A stretch of 64,000 nucleotides of DNA. It comes from an uncultured Chlamydiales bacterium (GTDB lineage: Bacteria; Chlamydiota; Chlamydiia; Chlamydiales; JAAKFR01). Of this stretch, positions 36,759-46,952 are shown in pieces. How positions within the stretch are numbered: the stretch's first letter is position 1; each line of letters opens with the position of its first letter. A program made the position numbers and the translations under genes. The DNA is taken from assembly GCA_963705695.1 (NCBI GenBank), contig CAVPKN010000043.1, positions 103 through 64,102 on the forward strand, read 5' to 3'. The notes under the pieces were generated by a model, which was given only the letters and a program-made list of their open reading frames with translations, was not told the origin of the DNA and made no database searches.

Positions 36759-37942
36759 ATGCTCCTTTTTTTCATAAAGTGGTTAAGTGCTTTTGGGGTT
36801 AGAGTCCCGGCTGTCTTTAGCTACTGTTCCACAAGAATGGCATTAGCAGCTATTAGCTCTCTTTTACTCACTCTGATTTTCGGTAAGTTTTTTATCAGAA
36901 AGCTATATGAGTGGAAGATCGGCGATCGTGTCAGAACCGAGCATTGCCCATTACTTGGTGAGCTTCATCGGAATAAAAACGATACTCCCACCATGGGAGG
37001 GATCCTGATTTTATTTTCGTTGATCCTCTCTCTCTTGCTCTGGATGGACCTCCATAGTTCGTTTACTTTGATTTTGTTCTTAACAACGCTCATTGTAGGC
37101 TCTTTGGGTGCGTATGATGATTACAAAAAATTGAGATATAAGAATAAAAAAGGGATCTCGGGTAAAAGGAAGTTGTTAATTCAAGGGGGTTTCTCTTTCC
37201 TGATTGCTCTCTATTTATTGAGTGGACCCTTAAATGATTGGCTTCATGTCGGGTTCTGGTTCCCACCTCCTGAGGTTAAATCGGAGGGAGTTGCCCTCAC
37301 AGTAAGGGAGTATGCAGCGAGGATCTATCTCCCCTTTTTAAAGAACCCATTTGGCAGTTTACCGGATTGGGGTGTGTCGCAATGGCCATTTTGATTACCT
37401 TTGTGATCACGGGATCTTCCAACGCAGTGAATTTAACAGATGGGCTCGATGGGTTAGCAACCGGGATGGTGATGTTGGCCGCGGGGGCCTTTGCTCTTAT
37501 CGCTTTTGTTTCCAATAATATCGATCTCGCTCAGTATCTCCATATTCTCTACATTGACGGGAGTTCAGAGATCGCGATCTATTTGGCGGCCCTCTTTGGC
37601 GCTTGCTTGGGCTTTCTCTGGTACAATAGTCATCCTGCACAGGTCTTTATGGGAGATACGGGATCGCTGACACTGGGCGCTATCTTAGGGGTTTCTGCTG
37701 TCCTCTTGAAGCGGGAGCTTTTGTTGGGCATTATCGGGGGAATATTCGTCATCGAAGCACTCTCAGTCATGTTACAAGTGGGTTATTTCAAATTGTGTAA
37801 CAAAAAGAGATTGTTTCTCTGTGCGCCCCTCCACCATCATTTCGAGTATAAAGGTTGGCCAGAGACGAAGGTGGTGATCCGCTTTTGGATCATTGGCCTC
37901 ATGCTTGCCATCGTCGGTATCGCCTCCCTCAAATTCCAATAA
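36759..37942 (+). CDS. mraY: phospho-N-acetylmuramoyl-pentapeptide transferase (one frameshift near 37375-37395)
   Basis: Fragments 36759..37394 and 37367..37942 are in different frames. Motifs present are [30 protein letters not shown] and PLHHHFE. Confidence 0.9.
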
Positions 37943-37954
37943 AGTGGGGAGGGT

Positions 37955-39256
37955 ATGAAAGCGGTTGTCTTAGGCTTGGGAATTAGCGGGACGGCAGTGG
38001 CCGAATATCTGAAGACACAGGGTTATTCTCTCCTTGGCGTGGATAGTAAACCCAAGAGCGCTTCTTTCCCTGTGATTTCTGACTCCCCCCCCCACTAACT
38101 ACGACTTCGATCTTCTTATTAAGTCACCGGGGATTGCCACACGCCATCCCTGGGTTGAAGAGGCCAAAAGACGGGGAATTCGAGTCGCTGGGGAGATTGA
38201 TCTAGCGCTTGAAGCGTTGAGCAAAAAAAATAAACATCTGCTCGCTATTACCGGCTCCAACGGCAAGACAACAACCACTTTGATGTGCACTCACCTTCTG
38301 AACCTGTGTGGAAAGGTAGCCATTGCTGCCGGTAATGTGGGAAGCGCCTTGATCTCCCAGATCGATTTGCCCTGTGACGTCATCGTGGTTGAGCTGAGTT
38401 CATTTCAGTTGCAATCGATCGAACCCCACCCGTGTTTTGATGGCGCCGCCCTACTCAATATCACCCCCAATCATCTCGATCACCATACCAGCTTTGAAGA
38501 GTACGTTGAGGCAAAGTTGAAGATTGTGACGTGCTTAAAGGAAAAGGGGATGTTCTTTTATGGAAAAAACGTTTTGGAAGCGTGTGGGCCCTTTTTTTGT
38601 CAAACACTGGAAGGAAAAAGGGGGGGATTTAGAGGAAAAGATTGCAGAGATTCTTTCTCTGAGTTATAGAGATAACAGTTACTCCCTTTTTCCTCATGAT
38701 GTGGAAAATGCAGCCGCAGCCCTGGCATTGGCAAGTGTCGTGGTAGGAGAGATACCACCTGAAAAGGTGCATGAGGCTCTTCAGACTTTTGTGAGACCGC
38801 CTCATCGTTTAGAATGGGTGGCAAATATCGGCCAGATTGCCTATGTCAATGACAGCAAAGCGACCAGTGTCGACGCTGTCATAAAAGCAGTTGACGCGGT
38901 TTCTCCTCCTATTTTATTAATTGCTGGTGGCGTGGATAAGGGAGGAACGTACCGTGATTGGCTTTCCCATTTTAAGGATAAAGTGTTAAAAGTGTTTGCT
39001 TTAGGCGAAGCTGCGGAAAGAATCAAGAGTGAGTTGGAGCCTGTAATGGATGTTGAAATCGTCTCTTCTTTGGCTGAGGGGGTGGATCAAGCCACAGATT
39101 GGGCCTCAAGAGCCCTTCTATCACCGGCTCACCAAACATAACGGTTCTCTATCGCCAGGCTGCTCCAGTTACGATCAATTTAGAGATTATCAACATCGCG
39201 GGGAAACATTTCGTGATATTGTAAGGGGAAAAAGGAACTCTCTCACACGAGGATAA
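37955..39256 (+). CDS. murD: UDP-N-acetylmuramoylalanine--D-glutamate ligase (four or more frame disruptions, one in a C9 run at 38085..38093)
   Basis: The ATG at 37955 gives MKAVVLGLGISGTAVAEYL. After the C9 run the next frame gives DLLIKSPGI..HPWVEEAKRRGIRV..LAITGSNGKTTTT. Later fragments at 38560 and 39050 end in SPGCSSYDQFRDYQHRGETF. Confidence 0.85.
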
Positions 39257-39259
39257 ATT

Positions 39260-39965
39260 ATGAGTCGAAGAGATACAATTATTATAGCCGTTCTTGTGAA
39301 TGCCGCATTATTGATGGTCCTTTTCGCGACAGCCATGCGTTCTGGCGATGGAAAAAAGTGGAGAAAATAAAAAGAGCACTTTGTCGACGCATCGGTGCCC
39401 AATCCTTTTCTCAAGAAATTCTGCTCAACGAATTTGTCGTTGATCTCCCTGCATTATCAGACACAGCAGCAGATCCTTTTTTTCTTTTGTTGAGACAGGG
39501 GAGCTCGCTCTTGCTCCTACTCCCATTCCTCCCCCGCCTGCACCTCCTGCTGCTGAATTGATTCCTTCGACACTGGCCACCCTCAAGCCAGTGGAAACAG
39601 CAAAACAAACCCAAGAAGATTCCTTTGTGAATATCACTGTCAAAAAGGGAGATATGTTAGAAAAAATCGCAAAAGCCAATCAGACAACGGTGGCTGCGAT
39701 TATGAAAGCAAACAACATGTCCTCCACACAGCTTAAAATCGGCCAAGTCTTACGCATTCCTGTGGGGCAAAAAGGAGGATCTTCTATTTTAACTCCAGCC
39801 GGCACGCCCGCACAGGGGGAATTTTATGTTGTAAAGGAGGGGGATAGCCCTTGGTTGATCGCATCCCGCAATAAGATCAATTTGGAGGAATTATTGCGCC
39901 TCAATAATCTCGATGAACAGAAAGCAAAGCGGCTCCGTCCCGGCGATAAATTGAGAATCCGTTAA
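39260..39965 (+). CDS. membrane-anchored double-LysM protein at the nlpD position (two or more frameshifts; no M23/LytM domain visible)
   Basis: The N-terminal anchor is MSRRDTIIIAVLVNAALLMVLFATA. A Pro-rich linker follows (APTPIPPPPAPPAA). Two LysM repeats follow (ITVKKGDMLEKIAKANQTTVAAIMKANNMSSTQLKIGQVLRIP and YVVKEGDSPWLIASRNKINLEELLRLNNL..LRPGDKLRI). The stop is 7 nt before ftsW. Confidence 0.7.
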
Positions 39966-39972
39966 GAATGCG

Positions 39973-41121
39973 ATGAGACTGCTCCTTTTGGTCTGTGTGA
40001 TTTTGATTTTCGCGCTAGGCTTGATGATGGTTTACAATACCACCTCGGCTGAAATTCTCGATAAAGCGTTAGATCGAAATCTTCAACATGCTTTTTTCCG
40101 CCAAGTTGTCTATGCGGCAATAGGGGGAGTGGCAGCCTGGCTTGTTTGGAAGGTTGGCTATGTCTCTGCTCTCCGCTTTACTCCATGGCTTCTTCTCTTG
40201 GCCAGTTTTTTATTGCTCCTTGTGTTTGTTCCTGGAATTGGTAAGGTGCGAAATGGAGCACACCGGTGGATCGGATGTGGCAGCTTTACCTTCCAACCCT
40301 CTGAATTTGTCAAATACCTCCTTCCAATGGCTTATATCGATTGGTTTTTAGCCCGGAGAGAGACCCCCATCACTTTCCCCCTTTTTTGCAAATGTGTCTC
40401 CCTTCTTGCAGTGCCGATGTTTTTGGTGATGATAGAACCCGATAATGGAACCACCGCTGTCATGGGGGCTTCCTTAATCCCCCTCTTTTTCATCAGTGGG
40501 ATCCGTTTTAAATTTTGGGCTTTACCTATACTCATTCTCATGGCTGTAGGTATTGTAGCTGCCTATCAATTGCCTTATGTGCGGGGACGGCTCGCTGTGT
40601 ATCTTCATCCCGAGCTAGATCTCAAAGGGAAAGGCCACCAGCCTCACCAAGCAAAAATTGCAGCCGGTTCGGGTGGTTTAATCGGAAGGGGACCTGGAGC
40701 TAGTTTGCAAAAATTGACCTACTTACCAGAAGCACAAAACGACTACATTGCTGCCATTTATGCTGAAGAATTTGGTTTTATTGGAATTCTCCTTTTAATT
40801 ACCCTGTATATGCTTTTTGCGTACGGTGGATTTACGATTGCCATGAGGAGCACAACACTTGAGGGGAGTTATCTTGCTCTGACGATTACTTTTTTAATTG
40901 CTTTGCAAGCCTTTTTAAATTTGGGTGTTGTCTCGGGTCTCTTGCCGAGCAAAGGGGTCAACTTACCCTTCTTTAGCCAGGGGGGAACTTCATTAATTGC
41001 GAATATCGCCGGTTTGGCCATGCTGATGAATATCGGGAAAAGTTTAGTCCATGAAAAAAAAGATTGTTCTGAGCGCTGGGGGAACAGGGGGTCATCTTTT
41101 TCCAGCACAAAGCTTAGCTGA
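39973..41121 (+). CDS. ftsW: SEDS-family peptidoglycan glycosyltransferase FtsW
   Basis: Intact 382-aa polytopic ORF. Motifs present are QPSEFVKY, PDNGTT, LPEAQNDYIAAIYAEEFGF and PFFSQGGTSL. Confidence 0.9.
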   Translation: MRLLLLVCVILIFALGLMMVYNTTSAEILDKALDRNLQHAFFRQVVYAAIGGVAAWLVWKVGYVSALRFTPWLLLLASFLLLLVFVPGIGKVRNGAHRWIGCGSFTFQPSEFVKYLLPMAYIDWFLARRETPITFPLFCKCVSLLAVPMFLVMIEPDNGTTAVMGASLIPLFFISGIRFKFWALPILILMAVGIVAAYQLPYVRGRLAVYLHPELDLKGKGHQPHQAKIAAGSGGLIGRGPGASLQKLTYLPEAQNDYIAAIYAEEFGFIGILLLITLYMLFAYGGFTIAMRSTTLEGSYLALTITFLIALQAFLNLGVVSGLLPSKGVNLPFFSQGGTSLIANIAGLAMLMNIGKSLVHEKKDCSERWGNRGSSFSSTKLS

Positions 41122-42142
41122 AGCTTTAATTGAATATGAGGTCTATTTTGTGGGAGGAGGCCTTTCCCACAACCGCTATTTTGATCGTGACTCCTATTCT
41201 TTTGGGAGATTAAGGCAGCGACTTTCTCCCTTTCAAAGCCGGTAGAGGTTTTGAGAGGGTGTCGAAAGATTTTGTTAGGCGTCAGAGAGTCAAAAGAGAT
41301 CTTGAGAGAGTTAAAGCCTCAGATCGTCGTGGGATTTGGCAGTTTTTTTACTCTCCCGGTGCTGATCGCAGCCGCACAGATGAAGGTACCGATTGTGTTG
41401 CATGAGCAAAATGCACACCCTGGTCGGGTCAATCGCATTTTTGCCCCATGGGCAGAAAAAATTGCCATCACGTTTCCCTCATCCCGCGCATGTTTAAATA
41501 AAAAATGTCAGAGTAAGATCAGCGAAGTCGCGTTTCCTTTGAGAAAACGCTCTCTCGCTTCTAAAAAAGGAGGCTCTAGAGCACTTTGGGCTTGTAGTGG
41601 GAAAACCCACTCTTCTCATTTTTGGAGGCTCAGCGGGTGCGGTCCGTTTAAATACCCTTCTTTTAGAAGCGGCTTCCTCCTTTCGTGAGCTGCAGCTTCT
41701 CCATTTTACAGGAAGTGAGCAGCAGGCTCAAGAAGTTGAAAAGCGGTATAAGGAGTTGCAGATCAAAGCGTATGTTCGCCCCTTTGAACCTCAAATCGGC
41801 CTAGCCATGCAGGCAGCCGATTGTGCCATCGGTCGCTCCGGCGCCGCTACTGTGTGTGAATTAATCGAGTACCAACTTCCCGCCCTACTCATCCCTTATC
41901 CTTTCGCAACGAACAATCACCAAGAAAAAAATGGGGAACATTTTGTCTCGATTGTCAAAGGGGGCAAGATGTATAAGGAGAAAGAACTTACCCCTGCTTT
42001 ATTAGCATCGACAATCAGCGGGCTCCTTGCAGAGCAACATGTTTTGCAGGAAAGAATCATCACATACAAACGGGAAAGGGAAGTACAATCCTTTTCAGAA
42101 CTAGTGAAAGAAATCGTGGAAAGAGGAGTACGAGTACGATGA
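41051..42142 (+). CDS. murG: UDP-N-acetylglucosamine--lipid I transferase MurG (two frame disruptions)
   Basis: Fragments lie at 41051, 41251 and 41597. Recognisable segments are SAGGTGGHLFPAQSLAEAL, PIVLHEQNAHPG, and GRSGAATVCELIEY..PALLIPYPFA..NHQEKN. Confidence 0.85.
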
Positions 42143-44558
42143 AGACAAAGAGGTATCACTTTATTGGTATTGGGGGGATTGGGATGAGTGGATTGGCGCG
42201 CATCTTACTCGATCAACAACAATGCGTCTCGGGAAGTGATCTTTCCGCAAATGAAGCTATCCAGCAACTCATCCATAAGGGCGCTTCCGTTTCCAAAGGG
42301 CATGCTGCCACTCACATTGAAGCGGAAGATATCGTGATTTACAACTCCCAGATCCAGAAGAATAATCCAGAGTATCTCGCTGCGCTCTCTTTAAAATGCC
42401 CCTTGATGCACCGCTCCGATCTTTTAGCCCATCTCATGGAGGGGTACCAAACCCTAGCTGTAGCAGGAACTCATGGTAAAACAACAACCTCTGCGTTGCT
42501 CAGTACCGTGCTACTTGAAGGAGGGTGGGATCCCACGTTTGCTATTGGGGGGATGTGTGGCGGCTTAAATGGAAAATGGGGAAAGGGGCGTTTTTTTGTG
42601 GCAGAGGCCGATGAGAGTGATGGCACCTTTTTGAAATACCATCCCCAGGGCGCAATCATTACAAATATCGAACCCGAGCATCTCGATCACTACAAGAGCC
42701 TGGAGAATTTAAAACGTGCCTTTCAGACCTTTTTTTCCCAAGTGAGCAATGAGGAGCTTTTGTTCTACTGCGGTGATGATCCCATCCTACACGCCCTACC
42801 TCATAAGAAAGGGGTTTCTTATGGTTTTAAGAAGGGATGTGACCTTCACATCTCCAACTTTCAGCAACAGGGTTGGACCCTGCAGTTCGATCTCTCTTTG
42901 AACGGTAAAAATTACCCCAAAATCGGGATCCCATTGGTAGGGGAGCATAATGCCTTAAATGCAGCCGCTGTGTTTGGACTTTCTCTTAAACTCGGTATCC
43001 CGGAGGAAGTGATCAGAAAGGCATTTCTCGCTTTTCGAGGTGTAGGGCGGCGGTGTGAAAAAAGGGGGAACTCGGTGGCGTCCTCTTTCTTGATGATTAT
43101 GGTCACCACCCGACGGAGATTGCGACCACATTAAGGGGAATTAAGAGAGCCGTTCAAGAAAGGAGGCTCATCGTTGTCTTTCAACCCCACCGCTAACGCG
43201 GACCCGTGATTTAATGAACGATTTTGCCCGCGCATTTGAATGGGGCGATGAACTCATTGTAACCGATATTTATAGCGCCTTTGAAGAACCGATTGAGGGG
43301 ATTACTGCAGAGAGCCTTGTCACTGCGATTCGGGAGGCATCTACACTACCCTGCCATTATGTTTCGAAAAATAATTTGATCGAGAAGATCCACTCCTTGC
43401 TCCTTCCCCACGATGTGGTGTTGACAATTGGTGCAGGAGATATCACCCATCTCCATAAGGAATTACTAGGGAGCTTCCACCCCAAAAAAATCACACTGGG
43501 CTTGATCTTTGGGGGAAATTCTTGTGAGCATGAAATCTCACTCCGCTCCTCCCGATTTGTAGCGCAATCGTTGAACCGATCCCTGTACGATATCCGTTAT
43601 TTTGGGATCGATAAAAAAGGGGGAATGGATCGTAGGGGAGGAGGCAGAGAAGCAGTTGGCGACTCAAAAGGTGGTGCAATCCAGTGAGGCAGCTCCCCTT
43701 TTAGCCCCTCATATCACACAGGCTCTGCAAGAGTGTGATCTTTATCTTCCCATCCTTCATGGCACACATGGCGAGGATGGCACCATTCAAGGTTTTTTCG
43801 AAATGTTAGGAAAGCCGTATGTGGGTCCTGATTACTGTTCAGCTGCTATCTGCATGGATAAAGTGTTAACAAAGCGGTTGGTGGAGAAAAGGGGGCGTTC
43901 CTACACCACGTGACGTTACCTTTCGCTATCAAGAATGGCTCGAAAATCGAGAGGGTGTTTTATCTCATATCACCTCCCAGCTCCCCCTTCCTGTTTATGT
44001 GAAGCCGGTCCATTTAGGTTCCAGTGTTGGAGTCACTCCTGTTTTTGAGAGGGAAAAACTCGGTGAAGCGATCGATTTGGCTTTCCGTAACGATACACAG
44101 GTGATGGTGGAGGAGGGGAAAGTAGGGTGTCGGGAACTTGAATTTGCACTCATAGGCAATACGGGTGGCTTTCCCATTTTAGCTCCTGGCCCTGGGGAAA
44201 ACTCGCGGCCGGTGATTTTGTCGATTATGAGAAAAAGTATGGTGCAAATGCTGTAAAAACGAACGTGAATCCCGATTTACCGCCAGACATATTAGAAAAA
44301 GGAAAAAACCTGGCCCGCCGCGCTTATGAAGCGGTGGGTTGCACGGGGATGACCCGCGTCGATTTTCTACTCGATTCATCAGGGGAATTTTGGCTTTTCG
44401 AAATGAATACAATACCCGGTCTTCAACAACTCAGCCTTTTTCCTAAAATTTGGCATCGCGAGGGGCTCTCTCCCGAACAGCTTTTCGATCGTCTGATTCT
44501 CTTATCGCTGGCACGTCATCGGCAACACAAACGGCATTACCGATGTATCGAAGTTTAA
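42139..44558 (+). CDS. murC/ddl: fused UDP-N-acetylmuramate--L-alanine ligase / D-alanine--D-alanine ligase (about five frame disruptions)
   Basis: The MurC part has [23 protein letters not shown] and YGHHPTEI in a shifted frame. Within the single ORF 43214..43687 the MurC C-terminus runs directly into the Ddl N-terminus ([19 protein letters not shown]). Later Ddl fragments read [13 protein letters not shown] and [10 protein letters not shown]. Confidence 0.9.
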
Positions 44559-44561
44559 TTT

Positions 44562-45377
44562 ATGAGACGGCTCTTAAGCGCTCTTTTTTACGACAAAGGG
44601 CCTAAATATAGTTGGAAGAAAGTGTTTACAATAGTGGCTATCTCCAGCTTTATCGTTTCAGGAAGTGGCATAGCTTCTTATTCCATTTATCGCTCAATCA
44701 AAAGGATGCAGGCATGTGATACGAAGGCGCACATTCAAGCAATTATCCAAACAGGACCCGCCTACGCTCCCTTTCCAAACGGCTATTTAGCTGAAGCCCT
44801 TCAGCTCAGTGCCGACACTCCGACCCATCTCGAACTGTATGATCTGCAATCCGCTCAAGAGAGAATTTTTGCAACGGGAGTGATCCGCACTTTAGAATTA
44901 AAAAAAATAAAACCTAATCTATTATGGATTGATTATTCCCCTCGGGCTCCACTCATTTTTCTTGGAGATGTTACTAATACCGTTATGGATGAATCAGGAC
45001 ATTTTTTCCCCTTTGCCCCCTTTTTCTCCCCTAGAAAGCTCCCTTCTCTTTACCTGGGAAAGCTCGCACCAACCCCGTTATGGGGCGCTCAGCTTGATCA
45101 GAAATATTTGGAACAGATTCTATTTATCATGAGTGCGCTCGATAAGGAGAATATCGAGTCGATCGATCTTTCTCAGATTGAGGCGAGTTCTTCAGGAAAA
45201 AGGGAGTTAGTGGTTTCGCTAAAAAATAAAGTCATTTTGCGCCTAACCCCCACCCAGAAGGGGAAGCAGTTAGAACGCTACTCCCAGCTCCGGAGAGTCC
45301 TTGAGCAAAAACAGATCCACCCCTTAGTCATCGACTTAAGAGTCAGCAACATCGCCCTCATCCAAGAACATCACTAA
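44562..45377 (+). CDS. FtsQ-like bitopic division protein (positional and topological call)
   Basis: Intact 271-aa ORF. It has a short cytoplasmic N-terminus, one TM segment (VFTIVAISSFIVSGSGIASY) and a periplasmic domain. Its position immediately after murC/ddl matches other dcw clusters. I did not verify sequence similarity. Confidence 0.55.
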   Translation: MRRLLSALFYDKGPKYSWKKVFTIVAISSFIVSGSGIASYSIYRSIKRMQACDTKAHIQAIIQTGPAYAPFPNGYLAEALQLSADTPTHLELYDLQSAQERIFATGVIRTLELKKIKPNLLWIDYSPRAPLIFLGDVTNTVMDESGHFFPFAPFFSPRKLPSLYLGKLAPTPLWGAQLDQKYLEQILFIMSALDKENIESIDLSQIEASSSGKRELVVSLKNKVILRLTPTQKGKQLERYSQLRRVLEQKQIHPLVIDLRVSNIALIQEHH

Positions 45378-45471
45378 ACAAGAAAGATTTAGGCTTGCCA
45401 TAGACGAAGAATGTACCATTCTCAACTCATCGAGTCAAGCTATAAGGCATATCGGCACAGGGCATATATAG

Positions 45472-46073
45472 TTTAGAAAAGGGGAATTAATAGACATGTC
45501 GGGTGGTAGCCCGTCATTTCATGTCGGGCCACCCCCTGCGACCCCCTTGAGCCTCATCTCGCTTAGCCAGAGTCGCATCCTCGCAGGTGAGCTGTGCAAA
45601 GCACTAGCCCGACACGCCCTTACGGGCTCTGCTGCGGGTGCGATCTGCCTTTGCGATCTGAGGCCGCGGGCTGCTTCGTGCACGAATACCCCACCGGCGC
45701 TCACACGCTCTTAGCGGGGCCCCTTTCGTGTCGACTCGCAGACATCTTCGGGAAGGGCCCTTTTGCTCCGCAAAACCCCCCTTCCCGCACCCATCTCCCA
45801 CCCAACTCAAAAAACGACGTGTACCCTGTAGCAATCTTTCCATATTTTGGGTGGGGGGAGGGGAGAAGCCCAGATGGGCTTCGGGGAGGGGGGTTTTTGC
45901 GATAGTAAAAAGGGCCCTTCCCGAAGATGTCTGCGAGTCGACACGAAAGGGGCCCCACAGAGAGACGAAGTCCGGTGGGGTATTCGTGCACGAAGCAGCC
46001 GACGGCCTCAGATCGCATTGACATGAAATGACGGGCAACCACCCGACATGTCTATTAATTTACCTTTTCTAAA
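45472..46073. mobile_element. MITE-like nested foldback element, family D, copy 2 (602 bp)
   Basis: The termini are tttagaaaagg..aattaatagacatgtcgggtgg and ccacccgacatgtctattaatt..ccttttctaaa. Two further internal inverted-repeat pairs are present (ctgaggccgc..gtgcacgaatacccc / ggggtattcgtgcac..ggcctcag, and ggggcccctttcgtgtcgactcgcagacatcttcgggaagggccc plus its complement). The ORFs inside mirror each other on the two strands. Confidence 0.75.
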
Positions 46074-46248
46074 AGCTAACATAAAATCAAAATTGTTCTG
46101 AGGAGTGGGGTTTGGGGCGAGAGAGTTGGTTATGGAATAAAAACATTTCTTTTTTATTCCTCTTTCTTTATCCTTTGCCCTTCGACCGAAGAGAGTGCTT
46201 TTTTGTGGTCGGAACTTTTTTGATTTTAATTTCTCTATAGGTGGAGTT

Positions 46249-46557
46249 ATGGAAGATTTTGTTGCCTACATCATAAAAAATCTCGTTTCAAAACCCGATA
46301 ACGTCTCTGTTTCTTTATCGGAAGACCAAGGGCAGATTTTCATTGAAATCCGTGTTGCTGCAGAAGACGTCGGTAAGGTGATTGGGCGGCGCGGGAATAC
46401 CATTAATGCGTTAAGAACAATAGTACGCACTGTCGCTACCCGATTGGGTCGGAAGGCACAGGTTGAGCTCATTCAGCCCGATCAAGAGACTTGCCTTATG
46501 GAGGAGAGTGAATCGGAGGAGCAAATGGAGATCGCCGAAGAGGCAGCTCTTATTTAA
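46249..46557 (+). CDS. KH-domain RNA-binding protein (YlqC/UPF0109 type)
   Basis: The sequence reads MEDFVAYIIKNLVSKPDNVSVS...EDVGKVIGRRGNTINALRTIV. The start is set at the ATG at 46249, after GTGGAG. Confidence 0.8.
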   Translation: MEDFVAYIIKNLVSKPDNVSVSLSEDQGQIFIEIRVAAEDVGKVIGRRGNTINALRTIVRTVATRLGRKAQVELIQPDQETCLMEESESEEQMEIAEEAALI

Positions 46558-46601
46558 TTTTTTTTCTCAGCTATCGAATTTGTGACTGTTCATTAAGGGA
46601 A

Positions 46602-46940
46602 ATGGGTATGGAAGCTCAAGTGGAAGAAAAAGGTGATGTTGTTGTTGTACGCGTATTGGGCCGACTCGATGCTGCGTCTTCGCCACAGCTCGAAAAAAAG
46701 ATCAATTCGATCATCGAAACAGGGCACTTCAAACTGATTCTTAACTTAGGTGGTGTGGACTATCTGAGTAGTGCTGGAATGAGATTGATGCTCTCTGTTT
46801 CGAAGAAATTGCGCCATCTAGAGGGAAAAATCGTCGCTTGCAACTTGAGCGATGATGTTTTAGATGTGATCAAAATGGCGGGTTTTCACCAAGTTTTAGA
46901 GCTTTATCCCTCTGAGGAAGAGAGCTTCAACCATTTATAA
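46602..46940 (+). CDS. rsbV: STAS-domain anti-sigma-factor antagonist
   Basis: 112 aa. VVVRVLGRLDAASSPQLEKK...LNLGGVDYLSSAGMRLM contains the conserved phosphorylatable Ser context (DYLSSAG). Confidence 0.8.
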   Translation: MGMEAQVEEKGDVVVVRVLGRLDAASSPQLEKKINSIIETGHFKLILNLGGVDYLSSAGMRLMLSVSKKLRHLEGKIVACNLSDDVLDVIKMAGFHQVLELYPSEEESFNHL

Positions 46941-46952
46941 TGACTAACCGTT

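Noticed and set aside
38085-38093. The C9 homopolymer in murD might be a phase-variation switch.
   Set aside because: murD is a core biosynthetic gene with three further disruptions downstream that are not in long homopolymers. Phase variation of lipid II synthesis is implausible, so sequencing error or decay is more likely.
41051-41121. The 71-nt overlap between the ftsW 3-prime end and the murG start might indicate another frameshift in ftsW.
   Set aside because: All conserved FtsW motifs lie upstream of the overlap, and the extension is simply the distance to the next stop. The murG N-terminus (GGTGGH) starts cleanly at 41051. The overlap may be real or the ftsW tail may be slightly shorter, but neither changes the calls.
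45496-46042. Six ORFs of 61-144 aa on both strands inside 45.5-46.0 kb, and similar ones at 17661..18088.
   Set aside because: They lie entirely within foldback repeats, mirror each other on opposite strands and have low-complexity Pro/Gly/Arg-rich translations. Some also overlap the tRNA-Gln. They are artefacts of the palindrome.
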